Below are positions 37,624-46,907 of a DNA stretch of 64,000 bases, one piece after another. The translations under genes were made by a program, and so were the position numbers. The notes beneath the pieces are model-generated. The model had not been told where the DNA came from, did no database searches, and saw only the letters and a program-made list of their open reading frames with translations. This DNA comes from Escherichia phage AV126: sequence record OR352956.1, one strand, 5' to 3'. Each line of letters starts with the position of its first letter. Within the stretch, counting starts at the first letter, position 1.

Positions 37624-37982
37624 TTTTCCTCCTTCTTGTATTCTAAGAACATGTCAACTTCATAAGCTGTCCGTTCATCAAATTTGCTAGGATCTACTAA
37701 AATAAAAAGTTGTTTATTTATATCTTGAAACTCTTTTACTACAATGTAAAGGTGTTTCTTACAAGAGAAGCCTGTTGCTTGATAAGCATCACCCCAATCA
37801 TCCACACCTTTTAATGTTTCTACATACTTACATTTTATTTTATCTTTACCGTCTTGGTAAAGTGCTTCACCTCCGAACCATGTGAAGAATTTAGTGCGAT
37901 CTGCCCCAACCTTAAAGCCGTCACGAGCAAAAACACCAGCAGAGGCTAATAACAGCAAGGCAAACAGCACTTTTCTCATCAC
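37620..37982 (-). CDS. secreted hypothetical protein
   Basis: 120 aa with N-terminal signal peptide MMRKVLFALLLLASAGVFA. Confidence 0.5.
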   Translation of the reverse strand: MMRKVLFALLLLASAGVFARDGFKVGADRTKFFTWFGGEALYQDGKDKIKCKYVETLKGVDDWGDAYQATGFSCKKHLYIVVKEFQDINKQLFILVDPSKFDERTAYEVDMFLEYKKEEK

Positions 37983-38287
37983 ATCTCCTCGTCGGACTTC
38001 AAGGCTTTAGAGAATACTACATTAAACATTTCACCGCAACCATTATTAACATAATACATGATGTAATTATCATCTTCGTCTACAGGCGCACGATACTCCA
38101 GTTCATAACTATACAAATTAGAATTACTTGTGCAACCTTGTGGATACCAAAAGTAAAGTTCACCACAAGATTCTACCCATTTAAGACCAGTCCGATCTTC
38201 AAATACTAATGTAGATGGATTTTCTGAATCTTTTACAGCTTCTTCGTAATACTGGTGCACCGTAACTGCTAATGATAATGTACTCAT
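37979..38287 (-). CDS. hypothetical protein
   Basis: Start re-set to ATG (TGATG overlap with upstream stop). Confidence 0.45.
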   Translation of the reverse strand: MSTLSLAVTVHQYYEEAVKDSENPSTLVFEDRTGLKWVESCGELYFWYPQGCTSNSNLYSYELEYRAPVDEDDNYIMYYVNNGCGEMFNVVFSKALKSDEEM

Positions 38288-38460
38288 CACGCCTCCAAAT
38301 AGTGTTTACAAATGACAAAACGCCATGTTTGTTTGTAGTAGTCTCTTTTTTCAAGAGCCTCTTTGTAAGAGGGTATACGTTGCGACAGAAGCGTCCATTC
38401 ACAATCTGCACCCATTCTTCCATAAAGCGCGTAACGGATGTTACTTTGTTTATCTCCCAT
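38287..38460 (-). CDS. hypothetical small protein
   Basis: 57-aa ORF not in track; strong RBS AAGGAGG 5 nt before ATG. Confidence 0.45.
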   Translation of the reverse strand: MGDKQSNIRYALYGRMGADCEWTLLSQRIPSYKEALEKRDYYKQTWRFVICKHYLEA

Positions 38461-38503
38461 AAATGCCTCCTTAATCTTGTTTACAAGTATACCCTCTAAT
38501 TAG

Positions 38504-38701
38504 TTACACTTTTTCCCAAGTACCAAAAGCACAGGAAGGGTAGATTCCAACTTGAGGGTTTCCGTTATCATCTTTGAAAGTAAAACTGTTGTTGTCTTTA
38601 TCAAGAACTGTAGAATAAATCTTACCAACAGTAACGCAGTTGGAAGCTTGACCCAGTTCAGTGAGAGTAAGACATTTCATTTTCTGTTTCTTTGTAGCCA
38701 T
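38504..38701 (-). CDS. hypothetical small protein
   Basis: 65-aa ORF. Confidence 0.45.
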   Translation of the reverse strand: MATKKQKMKCLTLTELGQASNCVTVGKIYSTVLDKDNNSFTFKDDNGNPQVGIYPSCAFGTWEKV

Positions 38702-38783
38702 TTATAAAATCTCCTTAGTAAGTGAATCTTTATTCTACACAAAGAGCTTTGCACATGTCAAGTAACTCTTTGTCAGATTAGTC

Positions 38784-39053
38784 TTAATGATTAGTGATGT
38801 TGATGACAATCTTAGTTTCAACCTTAGCCCAACAGTAGTCTGCTTCATTAAAACGACTAGTCACAATGTATTCTCCTGCACGAGAACCTGTTAAGCACAC
38901 TGCACCTGTATCTGTAGCTAAGTAGTAGTCCCGTTCTTGTTCACTTACTTCTGAATCGTAGTAGTAGAAAACAGACATAGGTTCAATTTCATCTAAACGA
39001 TATAATTTTGGAACAGGGGATTTCTCGATAAACTCGATAGAAGTCTTACTCAT
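38784..39053 (-). CDS. hypothetical protein
   Basis: 89-aa ORF. Confidence 0.45.
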   Translation of the reverse strand: MSKTSIEFIEKSPVPKLYRLDEIEPMSVFYYYDSEVSEQERDYYLATDTGAVCLTGSRAGEYIVTSRFNEADYCWAKVETKIVINITNH

Positions 39054-39286
39054 TTGTTTTCTCCTAGATCTAAACTAATTAAGAAGTCACGAAGGATGAT
39101 CATTTGTTCTGTAGATAATGATAATACACCTTCTCCATAAATATCACCAGACCATTCAGCAGTTAGATCTAGTGTACCAGTACCAGGAAACCAATCAACA
39201 GTGATCTGATTACCATTAGAGTCAGGTAGTATTTCACTGACTAACATAACACACTCTCCTATTATTGTTCTTGATCTTACGATCAT
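39050..39286 (-). CDS. hypothetical protein
   Basis: 78-aa ORF; inverted repeat spans its start region. Confidence 0.45.
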   Translation of the reverse strand: MIVRSRTIIGECVMLVSEILPDSNGNQITVDWFPGTGTLDLTAEWSGDIYGEGVLSLSTEQMIILRDFLISLDLGENK

Positions 39287-39417
39287 CTACCGATAAGAAC
39301 AAGTACTTAAATCTCTGTTCTTCGAACATCTAACGATAGAGATTAATCTATTACATAATCTATACTCGCTATCGCTCGACCCTTCGGGGTTAGGGTAGCA
39401 TATTTTTTGAAAAAAAG

Positions 39418-39741
39418 TCAACACTTATTTTTGGTAAGTAGAGAAATCAATTGTTCACCTGCTTCTGGTGCATATAGTGCTTTAGTATCGAAGTCAAAGA
39501 AGTGAGTGACCCCTGTTACTTTGGATGCCTGAATAGATAATCGTGCAAGCTTAAGCAGATTATCCATTTCCGCAATCTTTGCACGAAATACTGCACGTGT
39601 AGCGTCAAAAGCTGCATGTGGCATGTATTTACGATTTAGACTACTACGTTTAAATTTACGATAATCTGCAATGATCTTGTTACGTTCTTTGTTCAAGTGC
39701 TTTACCAGTGCAGTGTATACATGTGGTTCTTTGTTAGCCAT
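39418..39741 (-). CDS. hypothetical protein
   Basis: Start re-set to MANKEPH after RBS GAGGAG. Confidence 0.45.
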   Translation of the reverse strand: MANKEPHVYTALVKHLNKERNKIIADYRKFKRSSLNRKYMPHAAFDATRAVFRAKIAEMDNLLKLARLSIQASKVTGVTHFFDFDTKALYAPEAGEQLISLLTKNKC

Positions 39742-39946
39742 TGTTAATCTCCTCTTCATATGTTGGTAGTGCATGGTATGCGATCACAGGTGCCAAGTCA
39801 AAATAAAAATGACCATTGATAACAGCTATCGTGCCATTGCGTGTTTTGTTAACTTCACAGAATCCTTTCTTGCCGTTTGCCATGATTACAAGCCACTCTC
39901 CGATAGGAACATCCTCGGTACCAGATACTTTAATCCATCCACTCAC
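39734..39946 (-). CDS. hypothetical small protein
   Basis: 70-aa ORF. Confidence 0.45.
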   Translation of the reverse strand: MSGWIKVSGTEDVPIGEWLVIMANGKKGFCEVNKTRNGTIAVINGHFYFDLAPVIAYHALPTYEEEINNG

Positions 39947-40200
39947 TTTACTTCCCCTTTGTAATCGGACACTATACCAGGTCTTACTTTTGCCTTAAGA
40001 TGTTTCAACTCTGCCATAGGAGTTGCCACTTGTATAGGGTTAACTTCAACCTCGTAGATAGTATACTCATAACCCGCATACTTCCCGATGGAATGCAGGT
40101 ATTTGATAGCATGTTCAGGTGAATCTGCTTCAACATACCCCAAATCTTTTGTAGTGCGGCCTTCACAGTCGCCTTCTGTAGTTACGTGATAAAGTGTCAT
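39943..40200 (-). CDS. hypothetical protein
   Basis: 85-aa ORF. Confidence 0.45.
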   Translation of the reverse strand: MTLYHVTTEGDCEGRTTKDLGYVEADSPEHAIKYLHSIGKYAGYEYTIYEVEVNPIQVATPMAELKHLKAKVRPGIVSDYKGEVK

Positions 40201-40520
40201 AAAACCTCCTTCTTGTTGGCTGCTTCAATCATAGCGTTAAGAGTCTCCATACCGCTTTCAACTGCTTGAGCAATCTCTTGGAACACAGACTTCTTAAAGA
40301 TGTATAAAGACCCTGCCTGTAAGCGTTGCACACAACATAAGATCGCTTGGTGATCCATCAGGAAGTCGCCGTAGGCTGAATCAATCTTACCTGTAATTGG
40401 GTTGTCTCGTGAGCGAGGATCGTATTCTAATGTGATATGCGTTACACCAGGTAAAGTAACAAACTGACAACGGATGTTGACACGTGGTGTAATTGACACG
40501 CTAAACAGGCTGTTTGACAT
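40197..40520 (-). CDS. hypothetical protein
   Basis: 107-aa ORF, RBS GAGGAGG. Confidence 0.45.
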   Translation of the reverse strand: MSNSLFSVSITPRVNIRCQFVTLPGVTHITLEYDPRSRDNPITGKIDSAYGDFLMDHQAILCCVQRLQAGSLYIFKKSVFQEIAQAVESGMETLNAMIEAANKKEVL

Positions 40521-40667
40521 TTAAACCTCCTCGTAGTAAGGTAAAGCTTTAATCAATTGTTCTGAAGCGCCATTCTCTATCCATGTAGCCCCGTTGTCAA
40601 GAGAAACATACCCTTTCTTATCGATAAATTTACGGAGACAACCAGTGAACTTGTTTTTGTAGATCAT
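40521..40667 (-). CDS. hypothetical small protein
   Basis: 48-aa ORF not in track; ATGA overlap with upstream stop. Confidence 0.35.
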   Translation of the reverse strand: MIYKNKFTGCLRKFIDKKGYVSLDNGATWIENGASEQLIKALPYYEEV

Positions 40668-41107
40668 TTCTTCTTTCCTTTCTTTAATTTGTTGTGACCT
40701 TTACCCTTATAAAGCTTGTGATTACGAGCAGACGGGTTATTTTGGTTATCCAGTCGGCTAATAGGTGTCTTCCAAAGATTCCCTGCTACAAAAGAGGCTG
40801 CCACAAGTTCTTCCAGGTATACAAAATCCAAAGCAGGTATCTTTGTTTCCCTTATCTCGCGTTCTACATTAGACAACACGCCTTCTTCCTTACTGTCTTC
40901 TTTTTCAATTACAGACCAACCCTCTTCCTGCCAAGCTTCCCCTCTGAACCAAGTTTCCATGTTATAACCTTGTTCGTCGAGAATAACACCATCTCGCATC
41001 TCAAACCATTCGCCACCACAAAAATGGCGGTGCTCAACACGTCTACCTTCCTTCATTGCTTCTTTAGCTTCGGGCCAAGTCAGTTTGATGTTTTGGATGT
41101 TTTGCAT
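40664..41107 (-). CDS. hypothetical protein
   Basis: 147 aa, Lys-rich C-terminus; first gene after divergent promoter. Confidence 0.5.
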   Translation of the reverse strand: MQNIQNIKLTWPEAKEAMKEGRRVEHRHFCGGEWFEMRDGVILDEQGYNMETWFRGEAWQEEGWSVIEKEDSKEEGVLSNVEREIRETKIPALDFVYLEELVAASFVAGNLWKTPISRLDNQNNPSARNHKLYKGKGHNKLKKGKKK

Positions 41108-41137
41108 TTGTTTTCTCCTTTTGTTTGGTAGGAGTTG

Positions 41138-41165
41138 ATCTTAACAAGATTAAAAAGTATGTCAA
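41138..41165 (-). promoter_or_regulatory. sigma70-type promoter for minus-strand block
   Basis: TTGACA, 16 nt, TAAGAT on minus strand. Confidence 0.55.
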
Positions 41166-41168
41166 TAC

Positions 41169-41196
41169 TTGATCTGAAATTATTTTCAGGTATCAT
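41169..41196 (+). promoter_or_regulatory. sigma70-type promoter for plus-strand block
   Basis: TTGATC, 16 nt, TATCAT; back-to-back with minus promoter. Confidence 0.45.
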
Positions 41197-41221
41197 GTAT
41201 GAACATTAACAAGAGAGGTAG

Positions 41222-41515
41222 ATGATGAACATTACTTTAGCAACTAAGAATATTTCTGAAACAATTAACGGTTTTGGTGTTATTGTAGCCTTGCACGGTA
41301 ACAACGAGAAATGGTTGGCTTCTTTTGAAGAGGATCGTCAACACAACATCATTTTAGACGCTCCTATAAAAGTTATGCATATACTTGGTGAAAACAAAGT
41401 GCTCACTTCCTCCCGTTCAAAGGAACAAATTACAAACGAATTAGTAAAACTGCTTGACAATGTTCTTAACATGTTTGATAATGCACCCATCGATACAAAA
41501 CGTGTCTTAATGTGA
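41222..41515 (+). CDS. hypothetical protein
   Basis: 97-aa ORF. Confidence 0.5.
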   Translation: MMNITLATKNISETINGFGVIVALHGNNEKWLASFEEDRQHNIILDAPIKVMHILGENKVLTSSRSKEQITNELVKLLDNVLNMFDNAPIDTKRVLM

Positions 41516-41527
41516 GAGGAGAACAAA

Positions 41528-41815
41528 ATGTACTATTCACAAGACGAAGCAGCAAACATTAAACTGGCAGTGGGCGATCTTATTGTGTCACCTAACTACC
41601 ATTGGGATAACACAGACTTGGTTGAAGTAGTAACCCATGTTGGAGTTGAAGGTATTGTGCTCTACACACTAGGTGGAGGTGTTGTTGGGGAAATGGAACG
41701 TTATACAACGACCAAGAAACTGGTAAGCTCTTATCGCATGTTTTTACACCAAGGTTCTGAAGAGTATACAGCTTTCTTGTCGAAATTAGATGCAGATCGG
41801 GAGAATGCACGATGA
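41528..41815 (+). CDS. hypothetical protein
   Basis: 95-aa ORF, RBS GAGGAG. Confidence 0.5.
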   Translation: MYYSQDEAANIKLAVGDLIVSPNYHWDNTDLVEVVTHVGVEGIVLYTLGGGVVGEMERYTTTKKLVSSYRMFLHQGSEEYTAFLSKLDADRENAR

Positions 41816-42168
41816 AAATTGTACACGATGAAATTCAAATAGAAGAAAGTGACCTGATGGATTTGGATGCAGCTTTGGGGAAGGTAATCTATGCAGGAAT
41901 TAAAGCCTTCCGTGAGAAGGCAAACAATAGCACGTTTGTCATGATCCCCACTAAACTGATGCGTGTTTTGTATCCAAATAGAAGTGCGCCGTATACAGAT
42001 GAAGAAGAGGAGACAGGTAGAAGAGAGTGGTTAAATATTTTAGAAAAGATGGAGAATGCTTTTATTGATAGTGGTAATCCAGAAATCGTGTATGCTGAAG
42101 ATCAAAGGAAGGCACGGTTAGAGGGCCGTCTTTTATTCGCTAGTTATTTTGATAATCTTTGGAGCTAA
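41812..42168 (+). CDS. hypothetical protein
   Basis: 118-aa ORF, ATGA overlap. Confidence 0.5.
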   Translation: MKIVHDEIQIEESDLMDLDAALGKVIYAGIKAFREKANNSTFVMIPTKLMRVLYPNRSAPYTDEEEETGRREWLNILEKMENAFIDSGNPEIVYAEDQRKARLEGRLLFASYFDNLWS

Positions 42169-42170
42169 AT

Positions 42171-42347
42171 ATGTCTGAATTCTTCACAATGGCTTTCTTA
42201 GGGATCTATCTGATTATTAGTGCTGTTGGCTTAATCATGTCTCTAATAGAGGAAATGGGAATTAAGTGGAATTGTGCATTCGGTATAGCTCTTATGCTCA
42301 CTCCAGTTTGGATTTACATTTGCAAATCGGTTGAACTAATTGGTTAA
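42171..42347 (+). CDS. small membrane protein
   Basis: Start re-set to MSEFFTMAF; hydrophobic. Confidence 0.45.
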   Translation: MSEFFTMAFLGIYLIISAVGLIMSLIEEMGIKWNCAFGIALMLTPVWIYICKSVELIG

Positions 42348-42357
42348 TGGAGGTAAT

Positions 42358-42696
42358 ATGTTTAGTAAAGAAATGAGAGAGGTGATCGCTACTCTGGTAG
42401 TTGATCATGGTGTTGAAGTTGAGCGTCACGTTTGGAAAGATGAGCCTCCTTTCTTTGATTTGGCATCACGGGCTAAAAGTCACATGTATCTCCTTGAAGA
42501 TGATAAGGATTTTATTCTGCGTATGCGTTATGATCGAGAGTTTAGAATTCCTCTTGACACAGATCCTGATGATGTAGTATTGTGGTTGGCAGAGCATTTC
42601 GCATTTAACGCTCTACATGGAAGAAGTTTTGGTAATGAACGTTGGGATACCATTTGTCGTAAACATAATATTGAACCAGAATACGGGAGTATGTAA
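42358..42696 (+). CDS. hypothetical protein
   Basis: Start re-set to MFSKEMREV after RBS GGAGG. Confidence 0.5.
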   Translation: MFSKEMREVIATLVVDHGVEVERHVWKDEPPFFDLASRAKSHMYLLEDDKDFILRMRYDREFRIPLDTDPDDVVLWLAEHFAFNALHGRSFGNERWDTICRKHNIEPEYGSM

Positions 42697-42947
42697 TGTT
42701 AAGCGTTAAGCCTAAGATGATCAGTGAAGACCAGAAAGATTTCATTTACAAGTGTGGACGAATCTGGAGAGAGTATACCAAGGGTAACGAGGTCGTGGTG
42801 GTTACTGAACACCAGATTGAAATCTCTGATCTTTTCGGTGATTATTTGCAAGTGATCAAATTAGGCATTGACAGAGGTTTGGTGCAGGTGTTAACATTAT
42901 CCCAAGTTGAAGCAGAACACTTAGACAAAATCATTGTCGAGTTCTAA
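42696..42947 (+). CDS. hypothetical protein
   Basis: 83-aa ORF. Confidence 0.5.
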   Translation: MLSVKPKMISEDQKDFIYKCGRIWREYTKGNEVVVVTEHQIEISDLFGDYLQVIKLGIDRGLVQVLTLSQVEAEHLDKIIVEF

Positions 42948-42960
42948 GAGGAGAAAGAAT

Positions 42961-43125
42961 ATGATCTCTTTAGAATCAATAGCTTTTAAGAAGGGGTATA
43001 CCGCAGGGTTCAAGTTTGGTATGTTTAATAAAGTAAATCCATATTGTCCAATGACACACAAAAAGGAATTCGAAGAATGGGAAGATGGATTTTCTAAAGG
43101 CTATCAGGCAAAAGGTTGGTTGTAA
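42961..43125 (+). CDS. hypothetical small protein
   Basis: Start re-set to MISLESIAF after RBS AGAGGAG. Confidence 0.45.
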   Translation: MISLESIAFKKGYTAGFKFGMFNKVNPYCPMTHKKEFEEWEDGFSKGYQAKGWL

Positions 43126-43134
43126 GGAGAGAAT

Positions 43135-43299
43135 ATGATTTTAAACTTCATCATCAACTTGTGTTTGACATTGGGATTACTCTGTGCAATAGTATCCCCT
43201 CTGGTTGGTGAATATTGTTCTGAACTGGCGATGTTTATAGTTCTTGGTGCGGCTATTGCTAATATGTTTGTCGCTGCGATTTGTATGTTGTGGGAATAG
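43135..43299 (+). CDS. small membrane protein
   Basis: 54-aa ORF not in track; RBS AAGGAGAG; two hydrophobic helices. Confidence 0.35.
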   Translation: MILNFIINLCLTLGLLCAIVSPLVGEYCSELAMFIVLGAAIANMFVAAICMLWE

Positions 43300-43310
43300 G
43301 AGGGAAGTTT

Positions 43311-43667
43311 ATGAAAAAATTAATCTTAGCCACATTGCTGGCTACCGTAAGCTTCACCACTTACGCTCAAAAATTTGTAGCAGTTAAAACGGATATTGGT
43401 AAAGATGTTGTGATCACAGGCAACAAGTTTTACTATACACCTGGGAATGGTGTTCTAGAAGAGTGCAAAGATGTTGAGGCATATACAGGAAAAGAAGATA
43501 ACACGGAACGTCCTTTTTATTCGATTATAGCTACTTGCAAAAATGAAATAGTAGCTATTAAACAATACAAAGATGCCCCTGGAGGAGAATACTTATTAGT
43601 CAAGAATATTAAGAGTGAAAAAACTGCAAAGTTTACAGTAATTATTTTAAAAGGAGAAACGTTCTAA
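43311..43667 (+). CDS. secreted hypothetical protein
   Basis: Start re-set to MKKLILATLLATVSFTTYA signal peptide. Confidence 0.5.
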   Translation: MKKLILATLLATVSFTTYAQKFVAVKTDIGKDVVITGNKFYYTPGNGVLEECKDVEAYTGKEDNTERPFYSIIATCKNEIVAIKQYKDAPGGEYLLVKNIKSEKTAKFTVIILKGETF

Positions 43668-44806
43668 TGAAATACACTATTTTTGGAGATGTAGCGGTTG
43701 TAAATAAGGAATATGGCGTTGAAGCTAATAAACTTCCTGCTGGAGTTTGGGTTGTCAACTGCGATCCGCACGGTAACTACTCTTTAGTGCGTGGCGAAAG
43801 TTTCTCTCTTCCGAACACTCTTTATGGGGAAACTAAAGACCGCGCCGCACATGTTATTAAAACATTTGCTCGTCGTAGTAAAGAAGGTAAAAATACTGGG
43901 GTGTTACTGACAGGGACAAAAGGCAGTGGTAAGACGATGTTAGCTAAACTGATTAGCATGTCTCTAATGTCCACAGAAGGTTTAGGTATTCCAACCATTT
44001 TGGTTACACAGCCTTACACAGATGCTGGCTTCTTAGAATTTATGAGTAAAATTACAGATCGTGCTGTTGTTTTATTTGACGAATTTGATAAAGTGTACGC
44101 TAAGAAAGAAGATCAGGAAGCACTGTTGACCTTGTTGGATGGAACAGGAAGTGGGAATAAACTTTACATCCTCACTAAAAATAGTGGTTATATCTCGGAA
44201 TATTTTGTAAACCGTCCTAGTCGTATCTACTACAGTTTCAATTACGATAAACTGTCTAGTGAAACTATGTTAGATTACTTGGATAAGAACTTGGTAAATA
44301 AAAAGCACGTAGATAACTTCCAACGTTTATGGGATGTTAGCACAGAGTTGTCTTTCGATGTTATTCAAGGCATTGTAGAAGAATTGAATTTCTATCCAAA
44401 AATGACTTTTAAAGAATGTCTTGAAATGATGGGTATTTCTTTAGGGAACGATGCTAAATGGAATGTGGCTTCTATCGTAGCTAATGGCAAAACCTTGAAG
44501 GTGAATTGGATCAATAACTGGCACGACTTCACCCCTACTAAGTTTTTGTCGGGTGCTTGTTCCCTGAACATCTATCTACAAAGTTTGAAAGATGATGAAG
44601 TGGAAGCAATGGAAACCAACAGTTATGTTATCCTGGATGAAGATGGTGATCCACATATTGATCTATGTGCAACGGCTGATGGTCTAACTTGTGATCTGAT
44701 TGAAGGTGGTAAGATTCTGGTTATGAGCACTACACCAGGAAACACTTTGCGAGTGGTGCTGGAGCCTGTAACACAACGTTCCACTACACTTGGTAGCGTG
44801 TTCTAA
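43667..44806 (+). CDS. AAA-type ATPase
   Basis: 379 aa; Walker A GTKGSGKT, Walker B VVLFDEFD. Confidence 0.6.
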   Translation: MKYTIFGDVAVVNKEYGVEANKLPAGVWVVNCDPHGNYSLVRGESFSLPNTLYGETKDRAAHVIKTFARRSKEGKNTGVLLTGTKGSGKTMLAKLISMSLMSTEGLGIPTILVTQPYTDAGFLEFMSKITDRAVVLFDEFDKVYAKKEDQEALLTLLDGTGSGNKLYILTKNSGYISEYFVNRPSRIYYSFNYDKLSSETMLDYLDKNLVNKKHVDNFQRLWDVSTELSFDVIQGIVEELNFYPKMTFKECLEMMGISLGNDAKWNVASIVANGKTLKVNWINNWHDFTPTKFLSGACSLNIYLQSLKDDEVEAMETNSYVILDEDGDPHIDLCATADGLTCDLIEGGKILVMSTTPGNTLRVVLEPVTQRSTTLGSVF

Positions 44807-44809
44807 TAA

Positions 44810-44835
44810 AGATGCCCCGCAAGGGGCATTTGTTA
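44810..44835 (+). terminator. rho-independent terminator
   Basis: ATGCCCC-gcaa-GGGGCAT then TTGTTAT. Confidence 0.55.
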
Positions 44836-44894
44836 TGGAGGGATTTTAGTTATTCTTTTGTTGTAGGCTCGCACTAATAGCTAAAGGGGGAGGT

Positions 44895-46355
44895 GTGCCA
44901 AAAATAGTCACTTGGGAACAATATAAAACAGATATAAAACAAGCTTATCAAGGTAAGTCTTGGACTGTTGTAGATTATATTGAGCCGTGGAACGGCAATA
45001 AAACTAAACTTAGATGCATCTGTGCTCTGCATGGAGAATGGAAAACAACAAGCATAAATACCGCTAAACTAGGGAGGGGTTGTCCAGAATGCGGTAGGGA
45101 GATTATAAGTAAAGCAGTATCTATAAACAAATCAAAAACCTGGGAGCAATATAAAGAAGAAGTGCAAACCGCTTACAATCAGGCAGGTAAGTTTTGGACT
45201 GTTACAGGATGGCACGGAGAATGGAAAGGATGGAATACTAAACTGGTTTGTTGTTGTGCTTTACATGGGGAGTGGAGGTCTACTTCTATATCTTCTGCGA
45301 AAAACGGGAGTGGATGCAGGAAGTGTATGGGAGAAGCAAACAGAGAAAGAACATCGATTGCATGGGAGAAACATAAAGAAGAAGTAGAAGAAGCTTATAA
45401 AGAAAAACCCTGGATTGTTAGAGGCTATGTGGAACCGTGGAACGGTTCCCGCACTAAGTTGATTTGTGAGTGTAAGGTTCATGGTCAATGGTGCACTACC
45501 ACTGTAAACAGTGCTAAACAAGGGACTGGATGCTACAGTTGTCAAAGAGAAATGACGAAACAAAGGAATACAATGGAGGATAAACAACATGTTGAAGATT
45601 TTATAAAAGCTTGTCCTGATAATGTAGAGCGTAAATATTATCGTAGCGATAGAGTAGATAGATTAGGTCGTCAGGTTTACTGGATTGTAGAATGTCCTAT
45701 ATGTGCAGAGGATGATTATTGTAAAGAAGGCTTATGCGATAATAAATTTGAGATGAAGATGAGTCATTTGAAAAGGGGTGGCCTTCCTTGCCGTTGTTCT
45801 AAATATTATCATTACACTCCTGAACAATGGGCCTACCGTATGACCAAAGCTTGCCAGGAACGAGGGGATCAATTTATAGGATTCATTGATAAGGTAAGCA
45901 ATAACAGCAAGTTTAAATATCTATGTAGGGAGCATGGAGAGCAAACGATCACACCTACCGATTATCTCAATGGGAAAGGTTGTCCAGGCTGTAAGAACAG
46001 AAATATGCAAGAATTTTACATCAATATTATTCTTGATGAGTACGGAGAAGACACGGGAGCTTACAAGTTGGGGATTGCAAAGGACAGTGATATCAGGATC
46101 AAAGGGCAGAATGCAAACAACAATTACTTTATGCGCCGTATAGCATTGTTCGATCTGCCGTCCTACCAAGCTTGCAGGGCGTTAGAGAGTAAGCTAAAGT
46201 CTAAGACTGATCAGATTCTACCGTCTATTGGCTGTGTAGAACGCTTGCACATGAAAGATGGTCATAGTGAAACCTTCCTGCGCGAGGATTTGGCTATCGT
46301 CTTAAGTGCTATCAACCAAGCAGGTGGAATAATGAGAGAGGAGGAAACATGTTAG
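44895..46355 (+). CDS. zinc-ribbon repeat protein
   Basis: 486 aa; three tandem ~70-aa units each with C-x-C...HGxW...SAK-x-G-x-GC-x2-C; probable GTG start. Confidence 0.55.
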   Translation: MPKIVTWEQYKTDIKQAYQGKSWTVVDYIEPWNGNKTKLRCICALHGEWKTTSINTAKLGRGCPECGREIISKAVSINKSKTWEQYKEEVQTAYNQAGKFWTVTGWHGEWKGWNTKLVCCCALHGEWRSTSISSAKNGSGCRKCMGEANRERTSIAWEKHKEEVEEAYKEKPWIVRGYVEPWNGSRTKLICECKVHGQWCTTTVNSAKQGTGCYSCQREMTKQRNTMEDKQHVEDFIKACPDNVERKYYRSDRVDRLGRQVYWIVECPICAEDDYCKEGLCDNKFEMKMSHLKRGGLPCRCSKYYHYTPEQWAYRMTKACQERGDQFIGFIDKVSNNSKFKYLCREHGEQTITPTDYLNGKGCPGCKNRNMQEFYINIILDEYGEDTGAYKLGIAKDSDIRIKGQNANNNYFMRRIALFDLPSYQACRALESKLKSKTDQILPSIGCVERLHMKDGHSETFLREDLAIVLSAINQAGGIMREEETC

Positions 46356-46714
46356 TTGACGTTCAAATTATGCGCAACGAAAGAATGGACTTCTTTGAAG
46401 CAGTAGAGAAACATCTGATCCGATGGGACTATGAATTTGTTCCTGCTGGATGTGGACCAGTAGAGCATTTAGCGGAAGACGACGATGTATACATGATCAT
46501 TCGTCAAGTGTACCAGACAGACCAGTGTGAAGAAACTCCCGAACTGATTTTGTTTGAGTGTAAAGATCTTGCAAAATATTTTGACTATGGCGGAAAAGAG
46601 GGTCATAATCTCTCCAGATACAATAAACGTCTACTTATCTTAGACTACATGCGGAACAACAAACACAAACTCATCGACGCAGACGCAGTTTATGGCTACT
46701 GGTGGATGGACTAA
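46349..46714 (+). CDS. hypothetical protein
   Basis: 121-aa ORF. Confidence 0.5.
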   Translation: MLVDVQIMRNERMDFFEAVEKHLIRWDYEFVPAGCGPVEHLAEDDDVYMIIRQVYQTDQCEETPELILFECKDLAKYFDYGGKEGHNLSRYNKRLLILDYMRNNKHKLIDADAVYGYWWMD

Positions 46715-46727
46715 CAAAGGAGAAACT

Positions 46728-46907
46728 ATGGCACGTTTAGCAGATCATGAAATCTTTAAACCTATTCTGAACCACTATGATGAACTTAAAGCAGTGTTGG
46801 ATTGTTATAGAGAGGATGAAGAACGTTTGGAAGTCAATCTTAAGATAGTTCTGATGAAAGCTTTTCAAGACGGGCAAGCTAAAGTTTTAGAAGGCATGAA
46901 AAAATGA
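46728..46907 (+). CDS. hypothetical small protein
   Basis: Start re-set to MARLADHEIF after RBS AAGGAGA. Confidence 0.5.
   Translation: MARLADHEIFKPILNHYDELKAVLDCYREDEERLEVNLKIVLMKAFQDGQAKVLEGMKK

Noticed and set aside
38199-38423. 74-aa minus-strand ORF
   Set aside because: Overlaps two better-supported genes; an alternative frame gives a 57-aa ORF (38287-38460) with a strong AAGGAGG RBS and stop-start overlap with the downstream gene.
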